A stretch of DNA of 64,000 nucleotides. Origin: Octopus sinensis. Lineage: Eukaryota. The stretch is taken from contig NC_042999.1 in assembly GCF_006345805.1 (NCBI RefSeq), positions 88,350,001-88,414,000 on the forward strand, read 5' to 3'. Position 1 is the first letter of the stretch; each line of letters starts with the position of its first letter. Below the pieces are notes generated by a model. The model made no database searches and was not told the DNA's origin. It saw nothing but the letters and a program-made list of their open reading frames with translations. Of the stretch, positions 26,729 to 38,709 are shown one piece after another. A program made the position numbers and the translations under genes.

Positions 26729-27919
26729 TACATACATACATATATACATAAATGCATACATACAAGCATACATACATATGTGTGTGTACATATATATATG
26801 TATATATTGCTTTTGTTATTTGTTTTTTTCTTTTTTGGCAAGTCCTTAACAGCCTAATTGCATCACAGAAATATCTTTTCAATGCTTTTCAATGAGATGA
26901 TTTATAACATTTAATATTTCTCTGCTGAAGAACAGTTTCAGTTTTATTTCTGTTTTTATTATTTTTCATTGTCTTTCTGTTTTTTTAATATATTTCCTTG
27001 TTGCTGTTCTTGTTTTGGCTCCACTTCTCTCTCCATCCATTTCCTTCTCTTGCTTTTCTTCTTTCCACCCCACCCAAAGCCTCAACAGTATCTCCCTTTC
27101 CTGCCTCTTGTTCTCATTTTTATTCCCTCCATTTACATAACTCTCTTTCTCATAAATTTTCTTTCCCATTTTCTGCTTTCTTCACTTTCTGCTTTCTTCA
27201 CTTTCTGCTTTCTTCACTTTCCACACATTTCACCTTTCAACTCTTGCCTGGTTTGTTTTTTATTCTAACCCTCATTCAAACACACACACATATGCTCTCT
27301 CACACTCCCTATTTATCTCTTTCTCACTCTCTCTTTTTGCTTCTCTCACTCTGTCTCATTATGTCTCTCTCTGTCCCTTATTCTTTTCTAGTAGTTCTTC
27401 TGTTTGGCCAGTTTTCTTTAGCTTATATCTCAACAACATTTTCCTCTTCTGTATTCTCTCCATCTTGTTTTATCCACTCTCAGTATATTTCTCAGTTTAT
27501 TTATCAAACAGATTTTTCATCATGTTCAATATAGCCTTCCCTCTCTTCTGATTGCCTTCCATTATTCAGCTGGAGAAGACTAAGCCTCCTTTAGGGATAA
27601 AAGCAAAAGTTTTTCCTTTCAGTAATATCATATCAAGTGATATTTCTCCCAGAATAAAAGCATAACTGTAGTTAAAATAGCAATAACAAGAACAATATTT
27701 CTGCTGTAATATCAACCCATGGATTCTTTCATACACCTCCGCTACATGTTACGTAAATCAAATTGCATTTGAATGTAAAGTAAGAAAGATACAAATATCC
27801 AACAATTCCAAATACATTTTTATTCTTTGAAATTCCATTTACCACAATAGGCAATAACTGTATATGTATATGTGTGTGTATACATATATATATATATTTA
27901 TATATATTTATATATCATA

Positions 27920-27968
<49 letters not shown>

Positions 27969-28026
27969 TATATATGTGTATATATGTATGTATATATGTA
28001 TATATATATATGTATGTATGTATATT

Positions 28027-28079
<53 letters not shown>

Positions 28080-28093
28080 GTATATATATATAT

Positions 28094-28124
<31 letters not shown>

Positions 28125-28892
28125 GTATATATATTATATATATATCATATATATGTATGTGGGTAGGTAAGCAGGTATGGATGGATGGATTGATGGATGT
28201 ATTGATTGTCACATTTCTATCAATGTAATGAATACATTTCTGTACAATTATCATAAGTTTTAAACTTCAATAATATACAAAGCTTATTATTTCTAAAATA
28301 TTTTTTTTTATTTCCTAAAAGGATTTTTTTTCTTAGGATGAAGTAATTTATTCTAAAGAATATCTATAAATAGTAGCAGGGTTTTTTTTTTTCTACATCA
28401 AACATTAAAGAACGTTGTAAGAAGTGGCGTACATATATTCTGATGAATCCACATATATACATATGCTTGAAATGTATAAAAGAAAGTGGGCAGCTATATG
28501 ACTCCCTAATGAGGAATTTACAACACCAGTACCCATAATTCACATCCAGCTTGATATTTATAATTACTGGATCAAAAGGCTTATCAGAATTTAGTGGGTA
28601 AATTTATGCTAGATTATCTGCATTTTTCCTCTTTTACAAACTTCAAAGAAGTGATACAGCTGAGAAATTAAACGAATGCAAGAGAGAAAGACCATGCAAA
28701 ATATATTAGAAACACAAGATGTTCTCATTTGCTATTGCCATCTTTCTGCTTTTAGCATTCTTGTAACTCTCTCTCTATCTATCTCTCTCTCCAAAAGTAC
28801 CTTGTTGCAAAAGAAATGTTTAATCAAAATGAACAAAATGTTCTCAACATTTGTCTCACTGTCTCTGTTTGTCTGTCTGTTTCTCTCTCTTT

Positions 28893-28895
<3 letters not shown>

Positions 28896-28985
<90 letters not shown>
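28896..28985. repeat. (CA)n microsatellite
   Basis: Direct reading. Confidence 0.95.
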
Positions 28986-28986
<1 letters not shown>

Positions 28987-29699
28987 TGCATACATATATG
29001 TATGCACAAGTGTGTGTACAAAGGTATTTACAAACACAATGAGTATCCTACAGTTTCCATTTACCAAATTTGCTCACATGAAGTTTGTTTGTCATGGGGC
29101 TACAGTAGAAGTCACTTTATCAAGCTGTTGTACAGAGAGACACGGACCTTGGACCCATGGAGTTGGCAAGTGAACTTTTTAACATATATAAAACATGCTT
29201 ACATATGTTTTCTTTTCTCCAGACAATCAAGCTGTTTTTCTCTTAATGAGAATTCTTGATTCCTGAAGATATCTCCCATACTAATTTGGAGTTGTTCACA
29301 AATACCATCAATTAATTATTTTACCACCATTGACAGCAGAGATAATTTCAATAAATTAAGATTAATAATGAATAATACTATTTACATATCCTCAAAAATT
29401 AGAGTGGAGTTTAGGGGAAAGATGTATAACACCAGGTCTGTCACAATCAAATGAAGAACTTAATCAACAAAGCATAGCCTTCATTGTTCTTGACAATGCA
29501 GTAATGAGAGAATTGCTAAGTAAATGTACAGGACTACATACTGTGAGATTAAATAATTCAGAAACATCATTATTTCCAGTTAAGTTGTTATTGCACTCTG
29601 TACTAAATAAGTTAATAGTAACATAACGCAGTTATTGTTTACTAAGCTAAAATGTGTGTGTGTGCGTGTGTGTGTGTGTTTATAATTCATTAATTCATT

Positions 29700-30905
29700 T
29701 TACTCCGTATAGAGCATAAGGCATTAGCAAAGAATTTCTGTCCGTCTTGATCTTTGGCAACGGATTGTAGTATTCCTCAGATGAAACTATTTGCCAGTAC
29801 TTCAGTTTCTGTGGACGTTCTCCATGTTAGCTTTGGTCCCTCGTGCTTGTTCTCCCTTGAGAAGTCCACTGGAGGGTGTTGCTTGCAACAAATTTCCGAA
29901 GGTTGTTTCCAAGCCAACACCACTTCATTCTTTTAATCTGAGTTTTGTTAGATTTTGATAGGTTAATGTTTCACAAAGCTTTCTTTGTGAGTCTCTCGTA
30001 CTATCTTAGCTCAAGGATGTCCTGGAGATATCAATTCATAAATGTTTTGAGCTTGTTGATGGGGAAATTGTATGACTTGCTCTATTTCACACATGTACAG
30101 CAGAATCGATTTCACATTCGCATTAAAGAGTTTTGCGTTTGTTGACAAGACCTGTGATTTCTCCGTTGGTTTGAGCGACCTGAAGACAGTTGTAGCTTTC
30201 CCAATTCCTATTTACATGTCCTGATCTGTTCCACCCTCCTTACTGACGACGCTTACCATGTATATGAAATGAACGACATCTTCAATTTCCTCACCTCTGA
30301 CTGAAGTTCACGTCATTGATTGCGTGCTCTCTCATGCTTTATGTCTTCACAATGTTGATCTTGAGGTCAACCTTCATGGATAGTACGCTCGTTGTTGTGA
30401 CCTCCTTCTGTCAATGTGGTGCTGGAAGAGAAGAGCAACGTCATCAGCGAAGTCGATTTCTTCCAGATGGTTGGAGAAGAACAATTGAATTCTTCTGGCT
30501 TGAACATTGTTTGTTTCTTTCATCATCCATCAATTGCCATTAGGAAAAGAAAGGGAAATAGCAGACATCATTTGTCTCACCCCCGTTAAGATAGTGAATG
30601 GCTGTGTCACACTTCCATCGTGTACAGTTTGGCACATTAGTCGTTCATAAATAGGTCTGAGCAAAGTAATGTTCTTTTAGGGAATACCAGACTGTCAAAT
30701 GCCTTTTCATAATCAACGAATGTCATGTACAAAGAGTTGCTCAATTCCGTTGACAGTTTGATTAGTATCGACTGATTACTGCAAGGTATCTTCTGTCTGA
30801 ATCCAGCTTGTTCATCTTGTAGAAGTTTGTTCACCTCATCGTTCAGGCTTTCAAGAAGTACCCGATTAAACATTTTTAAATGGATAGGTTGTGGTGCCAT
30901 CTAAT
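29700..30905 (-). mobile_element. Decayed RTE LINE RT fragment
   Basis: LQDEQAGFRQ, LYMTFVDYEKAFDSL, and downstream RT/C-terminal motifs with many lesions. Confidence 0.8.
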
Positions 30906-30924
30906 GTGACTCGACTCAGAAGGC

Positions 30925-31247
30925 TGTAATATTATGACAGGAACACAGTATAAATAAATACATGGAACAAGGCGGTAACTTTAAATATCTTTAATGTGGC
31001 CAGACGTATATATACAAGGGGAATGATAAATGGAAATAGTTTGATGCGTGGAGGTCATGGTCTTTTCCTGTGAGTTGTCTCCTGACTGCTAGCTGGCGTA
31101 TGTGTGCGAGACTAGATCACGTCTTTACTGTCCGACGTCTTGGCGAGTAAAGAGGAATAGATGAGTCTCTGAAACCTAATGTTGCTTATGCCCTCTGTTG
31201 CTCAATTAATTAGGCAGCCACCGTTAGGGGAGGTAACCGCGCCTACA
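30925..31247 (-). mobile_element. Probable solo LTR (about 320 bp)
   Basis: TGTA..TACA termini, ATTAAA near the minus-strand 3' end (30990-30995), CpG-retaining body. No matching target-site duplication was found. Confidence 0.4.
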
Positions 31248-31779
31248 CATCTTCCCGGAAGTAGAAAGAGTGTGATGCTTCTCCAAGTGGTGCAGGGAGA
31301 CAGAAGAAAGAGAGAAAAGAGAGAGATTTGAAGATAGCTTGACACACAAACAGACCAACAAACAGATAGAGAAAATAAGGTTAATTTCGTGCGAACGAAA
31401 GAACTACATAGAAAACCAAATCTCCTTCAAATCCTACACTACCTTCTTAGAGAGCAGTTGCTAGATAATACGGTCTTACATTTCCTGTAGGGATAAAACG
31501 GAATTATCAAGCCGAAATGTTTTTGATCAGGATTCAAAAAAGACAACGACCAAAGAACGATAACAAAGATAACAACAACAGGGCTAATTAGCAAATTACA
31601 AGCCCGTATGTATATACGTATGTACGTATGTCATTATTCAGTTGCCAATAAAGATCCGATTTTTAACCAAGATGCAAGGCTCAGTAACGGACGCTTAAGG
31701 GAAATTTCTCTCTCTGTTATATATACATAAGTACGGACATAGTAGATAATAGCTAGCCTTCGGCCGCCCTTTTGCACCT

Positions 31780-32621
31780 TGTTGTGTCCACTACTCTGAT
31801 TGGTTGTTATTGGCGCAGTTTGTCTCGTCTATTGCGCGCCAATATGCAACCCAACCAATCGCAGCCGTCTGATAAGGTCACGTGAGGCAGTTTCTTCTAA
31901 ACCTCAGTTTGCGCCGACTGTTCACTATAAAACTCTAGCGACACACAGAGTTGACGTCTTTCGGTTCCAGACCTTTTTAGGTCTAACCACTGACCACAGA
32001 GCACACAGCCAGTTCCAGCGACAGCACAACAGCAGCCACATGGAGACGCAGCAACACTCATCCAACAGCATACGGCAGTCACTTTCTTCGTCGCCTCCGT
32101 CATCTTAACGTCATCAACAACATCTCTCTACGTACACAGCAACCAGCAGCACTCGCACAGGTTATATCTCCTCACTGTTCGTGAATTACTTCACCATGGT
32201 TAACAGCAAACACAACCTGCGAGAACCTTCTGTACCAAGTAACCGGCTCTGCACGACATGTGCCTCAATCGGTTCTGCATTGCAGCCCAACTTCTTGTTA
32301 CAGTACTTCAACTATCGTGTACCTTGACTACGAACTGGTATTTATCATCATTGTGTCTGAGACTCATTCAATACTCTGTATTTTATGCACACACATACAC
32401 TTTGCACACATGACGGCCTATCTATTATTATGTTTATATGACGCATACACACACATGTTAACATATAAATGAAATCTTTTTTTTAAACATTCTACTGGTT
32501 GTGTCTCTCTTTTCCTTCTAGCACTTGTACTCATTCATACTCTTTGTATTTATTGTAATCGACCGTGTGGTGTAATAAAGGAGCCATTCTTGTCACCTCT
32601 CCTTCGCACGGTCGTTCTACA
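31780..32621 (+). mobile_element. Possible long solo LTR (5' boundary uncertain), or alternatively the first exon of a host gene
   Basis: TATA box, C/A-rich transcribed-like segment, AATAAA at 32574-32579 and a ..TTCTACA end at 32621 fit U3-R-U5 order. No TSD confirmed. Confidence 0.45.
31795..31960 (+). promoter_or_regulatory. Pol II promoter-like cluster: four CCAAT motifs, CACGTG, TATAAAA, TGACGT
   Basis: ATTGG at 31799 and 31809, CCAAT at 31839 and 31855, CACGTG at 31879-31884, TATAAAA at 31926-31932, CRE-like site near 31952, in a CpG-rich island. It may be the U3 of an LTR. Confidence 0.55.
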
Positions 32622-34763
32622 GCTCCGTCATTGGAATTTCAACATCAACAACAGGATGTTTTTTGTATGTATGTATGTATGTATGTATGTATGTGTGTAA
32701 ACGGGCTAACTTAATGATGTGTGCGAAAATATTGTAAAAATAATCATTGAAGAACTTACACGTAGGTGAATGAGTAATGCATAGAAATGTTTCTCTAAAA
32801 AATTCGCTGAACGATTGATGTAACACTTTTCTGAAGTTTAGTAGTCTATAAAAAAAAAGTCAAATATGATAAATGACATCACAATAGAAAAAAAGGACGT
32901 CAGAGAAAAAGAGAATGCAGAGGAGAAATCGGTGGAAAGAAACTGGTGCATATAGGAAGAATCGATGTAAGAGTTATGACGTCAAAAGCCTATACAAATT
33001 TGTCCGCAATATACTTTTATGACATGACCCGTCACAATTTGCGTTTATGACCGATTGGATGTGATGAATAAATAGATGGAAATAGAATAACCACACAGAG
33101 CTTTGAGAGAGCGGTATTCAATATCACTGGTATATGTTGCTTGATGCTTGTGATATCTGTAAGTGATAGAATAATGATTTTTCTTAGTTTTCCAATTTAA
33201 TAACTGCTTTACAATGGTCTGTGGAAATATTTGATTTGTGGACAGTATTGATCTATGGTCAATATACTTTATTTCCATGCATGGACAGTGTAGAGTCAGA
33301 ATTAAGCTCCCTGCGAACTAAGATTGCGTTGCAATTTCTCTTACATCATTAAAGCGCTTTAAAAGATTTATATCAAAACGTTCCGACTGCAATTTTATTG
33401 CTTGTAAAATTAAGAATGTTTCAGATTTCAACGTCTCGGTTCCGATCTGTGTTCTATAATCTTATTTTGTTTCCAAGACTTTGTTCAAACTCATTCAAAT
33501 GTGACTTTTTCCACTCAAAAACAATAAACATGTAACTACTCCATTTCAACACTTTATCTTTATTACATGCGTTATTTTAACTGATCAGGAACTGCCATTA
33601 TTTGATGGTTCCACGGTAAGATGAATACATTTCGGCAGCTTTGCGGCTCAGCAACATTTTAGATTTTACTGATCACCTGGCTCAACCATGTGGACATAGT
33701 AGAAAACTTGTAAGAAATATTATCTAAGTCAAGGTTTTTTTTTCGTACCAGTATTTTTACTGACATTCGGTTTTCAGCAATCTGTCTTTTAGAAAGGTCC
33801 GTGAGGTTTCGCATCGAAATAAAGATTGTCATCAAGTTGGCTAACTTCACATCGGACTATCTGATAGAAAAATGATTCTCTCCTATTCTCTGAAACTCAC
33901 TAATCTGTTTAACAACCATGTTCTCACTCATGGAACATAGCACCTGATAGAGACTGAAATGAATACAGTCTCACGAAAACAGGCATATACTCACATACAT
34001 ACGCAATGAGAAACAGGCATATACTCACATACACACGGAATGAGAACTATGTTCTTACTCAAACGTCAAATCATCGACTAGAGACAGCAAAGAACACGCT
34101 CATTGACATATATAAAAGAAGATGGTCTACATACACAGATATGTATCGTGTCTGTCACTCACACACTATGTAAAAGACATTCTTGTACACAGACAACATA
34201 AAAAATCATTTTGATTCTTATCATATGCCTAAAATGTTGTCAACACACAAAAACAAAACGCAGAAATAATTTGGGTTGGGTTTGTATCACAAATTTGAAA
34301 TGGTGTCTGTTTCATGTCCATTCTTTCATGAACAGTAGCAGTACTGATCTCAGTATAGTATTGAGGACGGTGTATGTCGACATAATTTAAGCGAACTTTT
34401 CACCATTTCATTCACTGCAGTCATTTTATCTTGTACGGTTTCCGTCATGATTTTAATCTTCATTAAGTATTTATTACAATTAAAGATGTTCAAAATTATG
34501 TTGTCTTATACTCAAGAGTATTCTGTATTCTTCTTACCGTTACAAACAAACAATATTATGGAGGTCAGAGCATCTGAAGTGGAGACTGAAATAGGTTACC
34601 ATGTTACTGAATAGAAGTACTTTAAAAGGAAAACAGATTCTTTAAGCTAAGATTTAGAGCAACAGTGATATCCTGAAAATCTCTTACTGAGTTCTGTATA
34701 TGAAACTATGCAGTGCAGCTATCTAGTGGCACACATATATATTCACAAGTATTCGTACGTACA

Positions 34764-34794
<31 letters not shown>

Positions 34795-34810
34795 TGTTTG
34801 TGTGTGTATA

Positions 34811-34861
<51 letters not shown>

Positions 34862-34868
<7 letters not shown>

Positions 34869-35115
34869 ATTAGAGATAAAACCACTATTAGGCAAATCAT
34901 ACAATGAAAAACTTAAGCCAATACATAAGATTAATTAATTTATATTATTTTAGATATATATCAAAATTATTAAAAAAAGATAATTGATATTAATTATATT
35001 TTTTTTATGATTTTGATATATATTTAAAATAATATAAATTAATTAATCTTATGTATTGGCTTAAGTTTTTCATTGTATGATTTGCCTAATAGTGGTTTTA
35101 TCTCTAATTTAATAT
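34862..35115. repeat. About 254-bp near-perfect AT-rich palindrome within a (TA)n-flanked element extending to about 35190
   Basis: atattaaattagagataaaaccactattaggcaaatc.. is inverted by ..gatttgcctaatagtggttttatctctaatttaatat, with a loop of about 6 nt near 34986-34991. Confidence 0.85.
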
Positions 35116-35394
35116 AATATAATATTTTACTATAAAATTGGATTCAATCCTAAATCTGATTTTTCCCTGTAAGTTTGGATTTATTCCCTAATATTTTATT
35201 ATATATATATATATATATATGCATCTATCTACCTATCACTCTCTCTGTCTCTCTCTCCCCCTCTCTCTGTATACATAAATATATATTCTATTGTGTCTGG
35301 GGAGAGTCATTTTCTTTTTGTACCTTATAATTTAGCATACTCACCGGTAAAATTTCCACTTATTTAAAGTAAGAAATAAGTGGGAATTTTACAT

Positions 35395-35470
35395 TCGCTG
35401 TCAAGCGGTGGTGGAGGAACAAAAACAGACACAAATACGCCCACATGTTCCCAATACACACACACACATG

Positions 35471-35540
<70 letters not shown>

Positions 35541-35652
35541 CACAACGGATTCATTCGGTTTCCGCCAACCACATCCACTTCCAAGGCTTTGGTTGACCCG
35601 AGGCTGAAGTAGAAGGCACTTGCATAAGGCGCTACACAGTAGAACTGAATCC
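35395..35652 (-). mobile_element. SINE S1, head truncated at the HHR unit
   Basis: S1 core and head present up to gaactgaatcc, then replaced by the 35654 unit. Confidence 0.75.
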
Positions 35653-35653
35653 T

Positions 35654-36249
35654 TGTAGAAATTGCCTGCTATAGGTAGTTTCTCTTTGTGTTTAAATGTA
35701 CACTATTTTATATTGAATAATATGTCGTCTATTGACTTTTTATACATGCTAGGCCACTGGTAGGGAAATTTATAAAAATTTACTACTCTCTCTATATATA
35801 TCTAAGTATCAATATTAGCTTTCAAAGTTCATTTCGGAATTTTTCATTTTCTGCCGACTGAAACTGCGCTTGTATGGTGGATTTTGAAAAGATTATAATA
35901 TATAAAGATGAGACACGTGCTATTGGTCTCATAATTATAGGTTAGTCTTGGATGGCTCGGTTACTGAAGAGGATTTGCCTAGTAAATTATCTTATTTACT
36001 AAAAAAATTCCGAAACCTATAGGTATAACCGTAAAAACAAGGTAAAGGTTTTTATTTTTTCATTCTCTTTGATTAAATTTGTTGTGGTTTTCGGTCGTTT
36101 TGACTGTCTCCTAGCGTGTAGAAATTGCCTGTTATAGATAATTTCTCTTTATGTTTAAATGTACACTATTTTATATTGAATAATATGTCGTCTATTAACT
36201 TTTTATGCATGCTAGGCAACTGGTAGTGAAATTTGTAAGAATTTACTAC
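35654..36249 (+). mobile_element. Retrozyme/pLTR-like partial tandem unit (463-bp period, 133-bp direct repeats) containing an HHR
   Basis: 35654-35786 and 36117-36249 are direct repeats at an identical 463-bp offset at both ends. The HHR lies between them, and (TA)/(TATG)n follows. Confidence 0.75.
35946..36042 (+). ncRNA. Type I hammerhead ribozyme (unit B)
   Basis: Stem I cggtta(35958-63)/taaccg(36026-31) plus distal tcttg/caagg. Core CTGAAGA at 35964-70. Stem II gga../..tcc with inner tagtaaat/atttacta. GAAA at 36012-15. Palindromic stem III ACCTATAGGT. Predicted cleavage after GUA (36025). Confidence 0.85.
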
Positions 36250-36251
36250 CA

Positions 36252-36287
<36 letters not shown>

Positions 36288-36345
36288 TGTATGTATGTAT
36301 GTATGTATGTATGTATGTATGTATGTATGTATGTATGCATGTATA

Positions 36346-36592
36346 TCACTGTTTCGGCCAGATTAGCGTATGTGTCGCTACCGTTAGCCACAGCGCGCTT
36401 CCTTGCATTGGTTTTGCTTTCGAATGATACTCTCCTACTTGGCTAGGTAGGCAGGCCAACACACCTATTGAGAACTGAAAGGGCTGGAGCAACATGAAAA
36501 AAAATGTTTTGCACAAGGACACAATGCACCACCGGTCTGGGAATCGAAACCACGATCTTGCGATCACGAGTACACACTCGGCCATGCGCTTT
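36346..36592 (-). mobile_element. tRNA-derived SINE
   Basis: Minus-strand gtggtttcgattcccagaccggtgg..gtgtccttgtgcaaaaca..gttgctccagc head and core. Confidence 0.65.
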
Positions 36593-37739
36593 CATATACG
36601 TACACATATATGTAATTATACATATATACGTGTGTATCTATATGTTTGCACGTATATGTCGATACGTAAAAATATACATGTACACATGCACAGTTACATA
36701 CACAAAGCACACATACACACACGCATAATACATACACATATCTGTATGTGTGTGTATGTATGTATGTATATATATTATATATATATATATATATATATGC
36801 TTGCAGTGTCAGGCATCGCAAGGGTACGTTTTCACAATTCCGTAATTGAAAGAATCACCATCAAACAGAGGAAGATAATAGCATTCATCTCTGTCATTAC
36901 TTATTTATGTACATGCGATTTGACCTGGATATCTACTTCTATTCTATAAAAAGCATTCATTCTCAAAAGAAAAAAAAGAAACATGTTGAAAGCCTCTCAA
37001 TGAATGCCAGTTTCGTCATATTTTTGTTGGAAAACGAGAACTGTAAATACCTTTGGGAGAGATACGAGAAACGGTCAAGTAATAGCGTTATACTTTACTA
37101 AGTCAAAAACTTTGCGGCCATGAACACTTTTAGCTTGCAAGAAATCAATATTCCTTAATGCATTTTCAATACCAATACCTGTATTAACATTAGGAACACT
37201 TGATTTGTAATCGAAGACCATTTATTGTTTAGATAAAAAGGAAAGAAACTCAGATAATCATCATTTTTCATATTTGATGGAATATCGATGGTCACAATCT
37301 AAATAGAAAGCAATAGAAGTGACCTGGATTCAGATCAGATAGCTTTCCGATGTTGCGTAGTGTCACACAGAAAGAATACAAAGAGAAATAAATACGTCAA
37401 ATACATAGCTGTTAATCAAGAATATATCAACATACGAACTCCTCTAGAAATGTTCAATATTTTATGAGCTTTGCGTTAACCGAAAACTGTTAAACGAGCC
37501 AATTTCAGTAGTATTCTGGGTAAGAAATGTTTCTAAGTGTGTAATTATTACATAAATTCGGTTAATGCCATCAACAAAAGGATTAATTCATCTAAGATGA
37601 ACATATATCATATCACTTCATGCATTAACATCCTTTACTCGAATATGATTTTTACTGGAACGATTACATATATAGCGCATCTGAACTTCGAACACACACA
37701 CACACATATACATATGCATACATACATATATATATATAT

Positions 37740-37941
37740 GTGACCGCGTGTGTACCGTTGGCGATATTTTCTTCCGTTTTCCCTTCCTTGGATCTTTCCT
37801 TTTCCTATGTTTCTGACGAAGAGCTCCGCTCGAAACGTTAAATCCTCCTTCTTTTTTTCCTTTCCTGAGCGTCCAATAACACTATACTTGTTCCACGTCC
37901 TCGCGTTGTTGCGTTTTCTCTTTGTGTTTTCATGTTTGGAT

Positions 37942-37946
<5 letters not shown>
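37740..37946 (+). mobile_element. About 205-bp HHR-bearing repeat (family A), intact copy in (TA)n
   Basis: Homologous to 1725-1925 and, partially on the minus strand, to 47549-47633. All three share the same ..ggattaact end next to TA. Confidence 0.75.
37809..37845 (+). ncRNA. Minimal type I hammerhead ribozyme motif (family A)
   Basis: CTGACGA at 37813-19, extra A, stem II GAGC-tcc-GCTC, GAAAC at 37832-36, palindromic AACGTT stem III, short stem I gttt/aaat. Predicted GUU site, probably active only as a dimer. Confidence 0.6.
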
Positions 37947-37980
<34 letters not shown>

Positions 37981-38709
37981 CAGTTTTTCGGGATTAATAG
38001 ATATGCGGGTATTCTATTTCAGATAATACAAAAAATACCCTGAGTATATCTGAAAGTAAACTCATGGTATCCATTTGCACATCACAAAATAATACTTTAA
38101 AGGATATAACCAGTATATCAGCAGGGTATAAAATATACTTCCTTAATTATCTCCTACTTAAGTTAACACTTAAATTTATTAATTATGACAGAACTACACG
38201 TGTTTCAGTATTGGAAGATTACAATACACACACACACAAACACACACACACACACACTCACGCATATATATATATACACATACATACATACATACATACA
38301 TACATGCATATATAAATATATGTATGCAATCATCAGATTTACAATTATTCCAATACATCTTCAGGTTCTTTTTCAAAGTATAGTATTGTTAATCTAATTT
38401 TACATCCCTTTAAAAAATAAGCGTTAAATTAAGCAATAAATTAAAGATTAAAAATTGAATGTTAAAAATAAAAATTATACTTTGTAATATTAAGAATTAA
38501 AACCTATAGATTATACATAATAAATATAATTAGTATATATATCAACCTTATAAAGTCAAGTATATAATGTCAAATACAAACTATAAGATATAAAATTATA
38601 CATCAGAATTAAAATGTCTGTGTTTAATTTTATATGTAACAAGAAAAATGCAAATACATATATTCCTTTTTGTTGGAACCAAGATTTCTTTTAAAAATGG
38701 CGATTAGAT

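Noticed and set aside
32196-32327. 43-codon ORF (MVNSKHNL..YRVP*) as antizyme ORF1 or another conserved uORF
   Set aside because: There is no UCC-UGA frameshift site and no recognisable similarity.
33944-33985. ctgata-gagactg..cagtctc-acgaaa as a hammerhead
   Set aside because: The core does not fit CUGANGA in register with the stem, and there is no stem I or III pairing.
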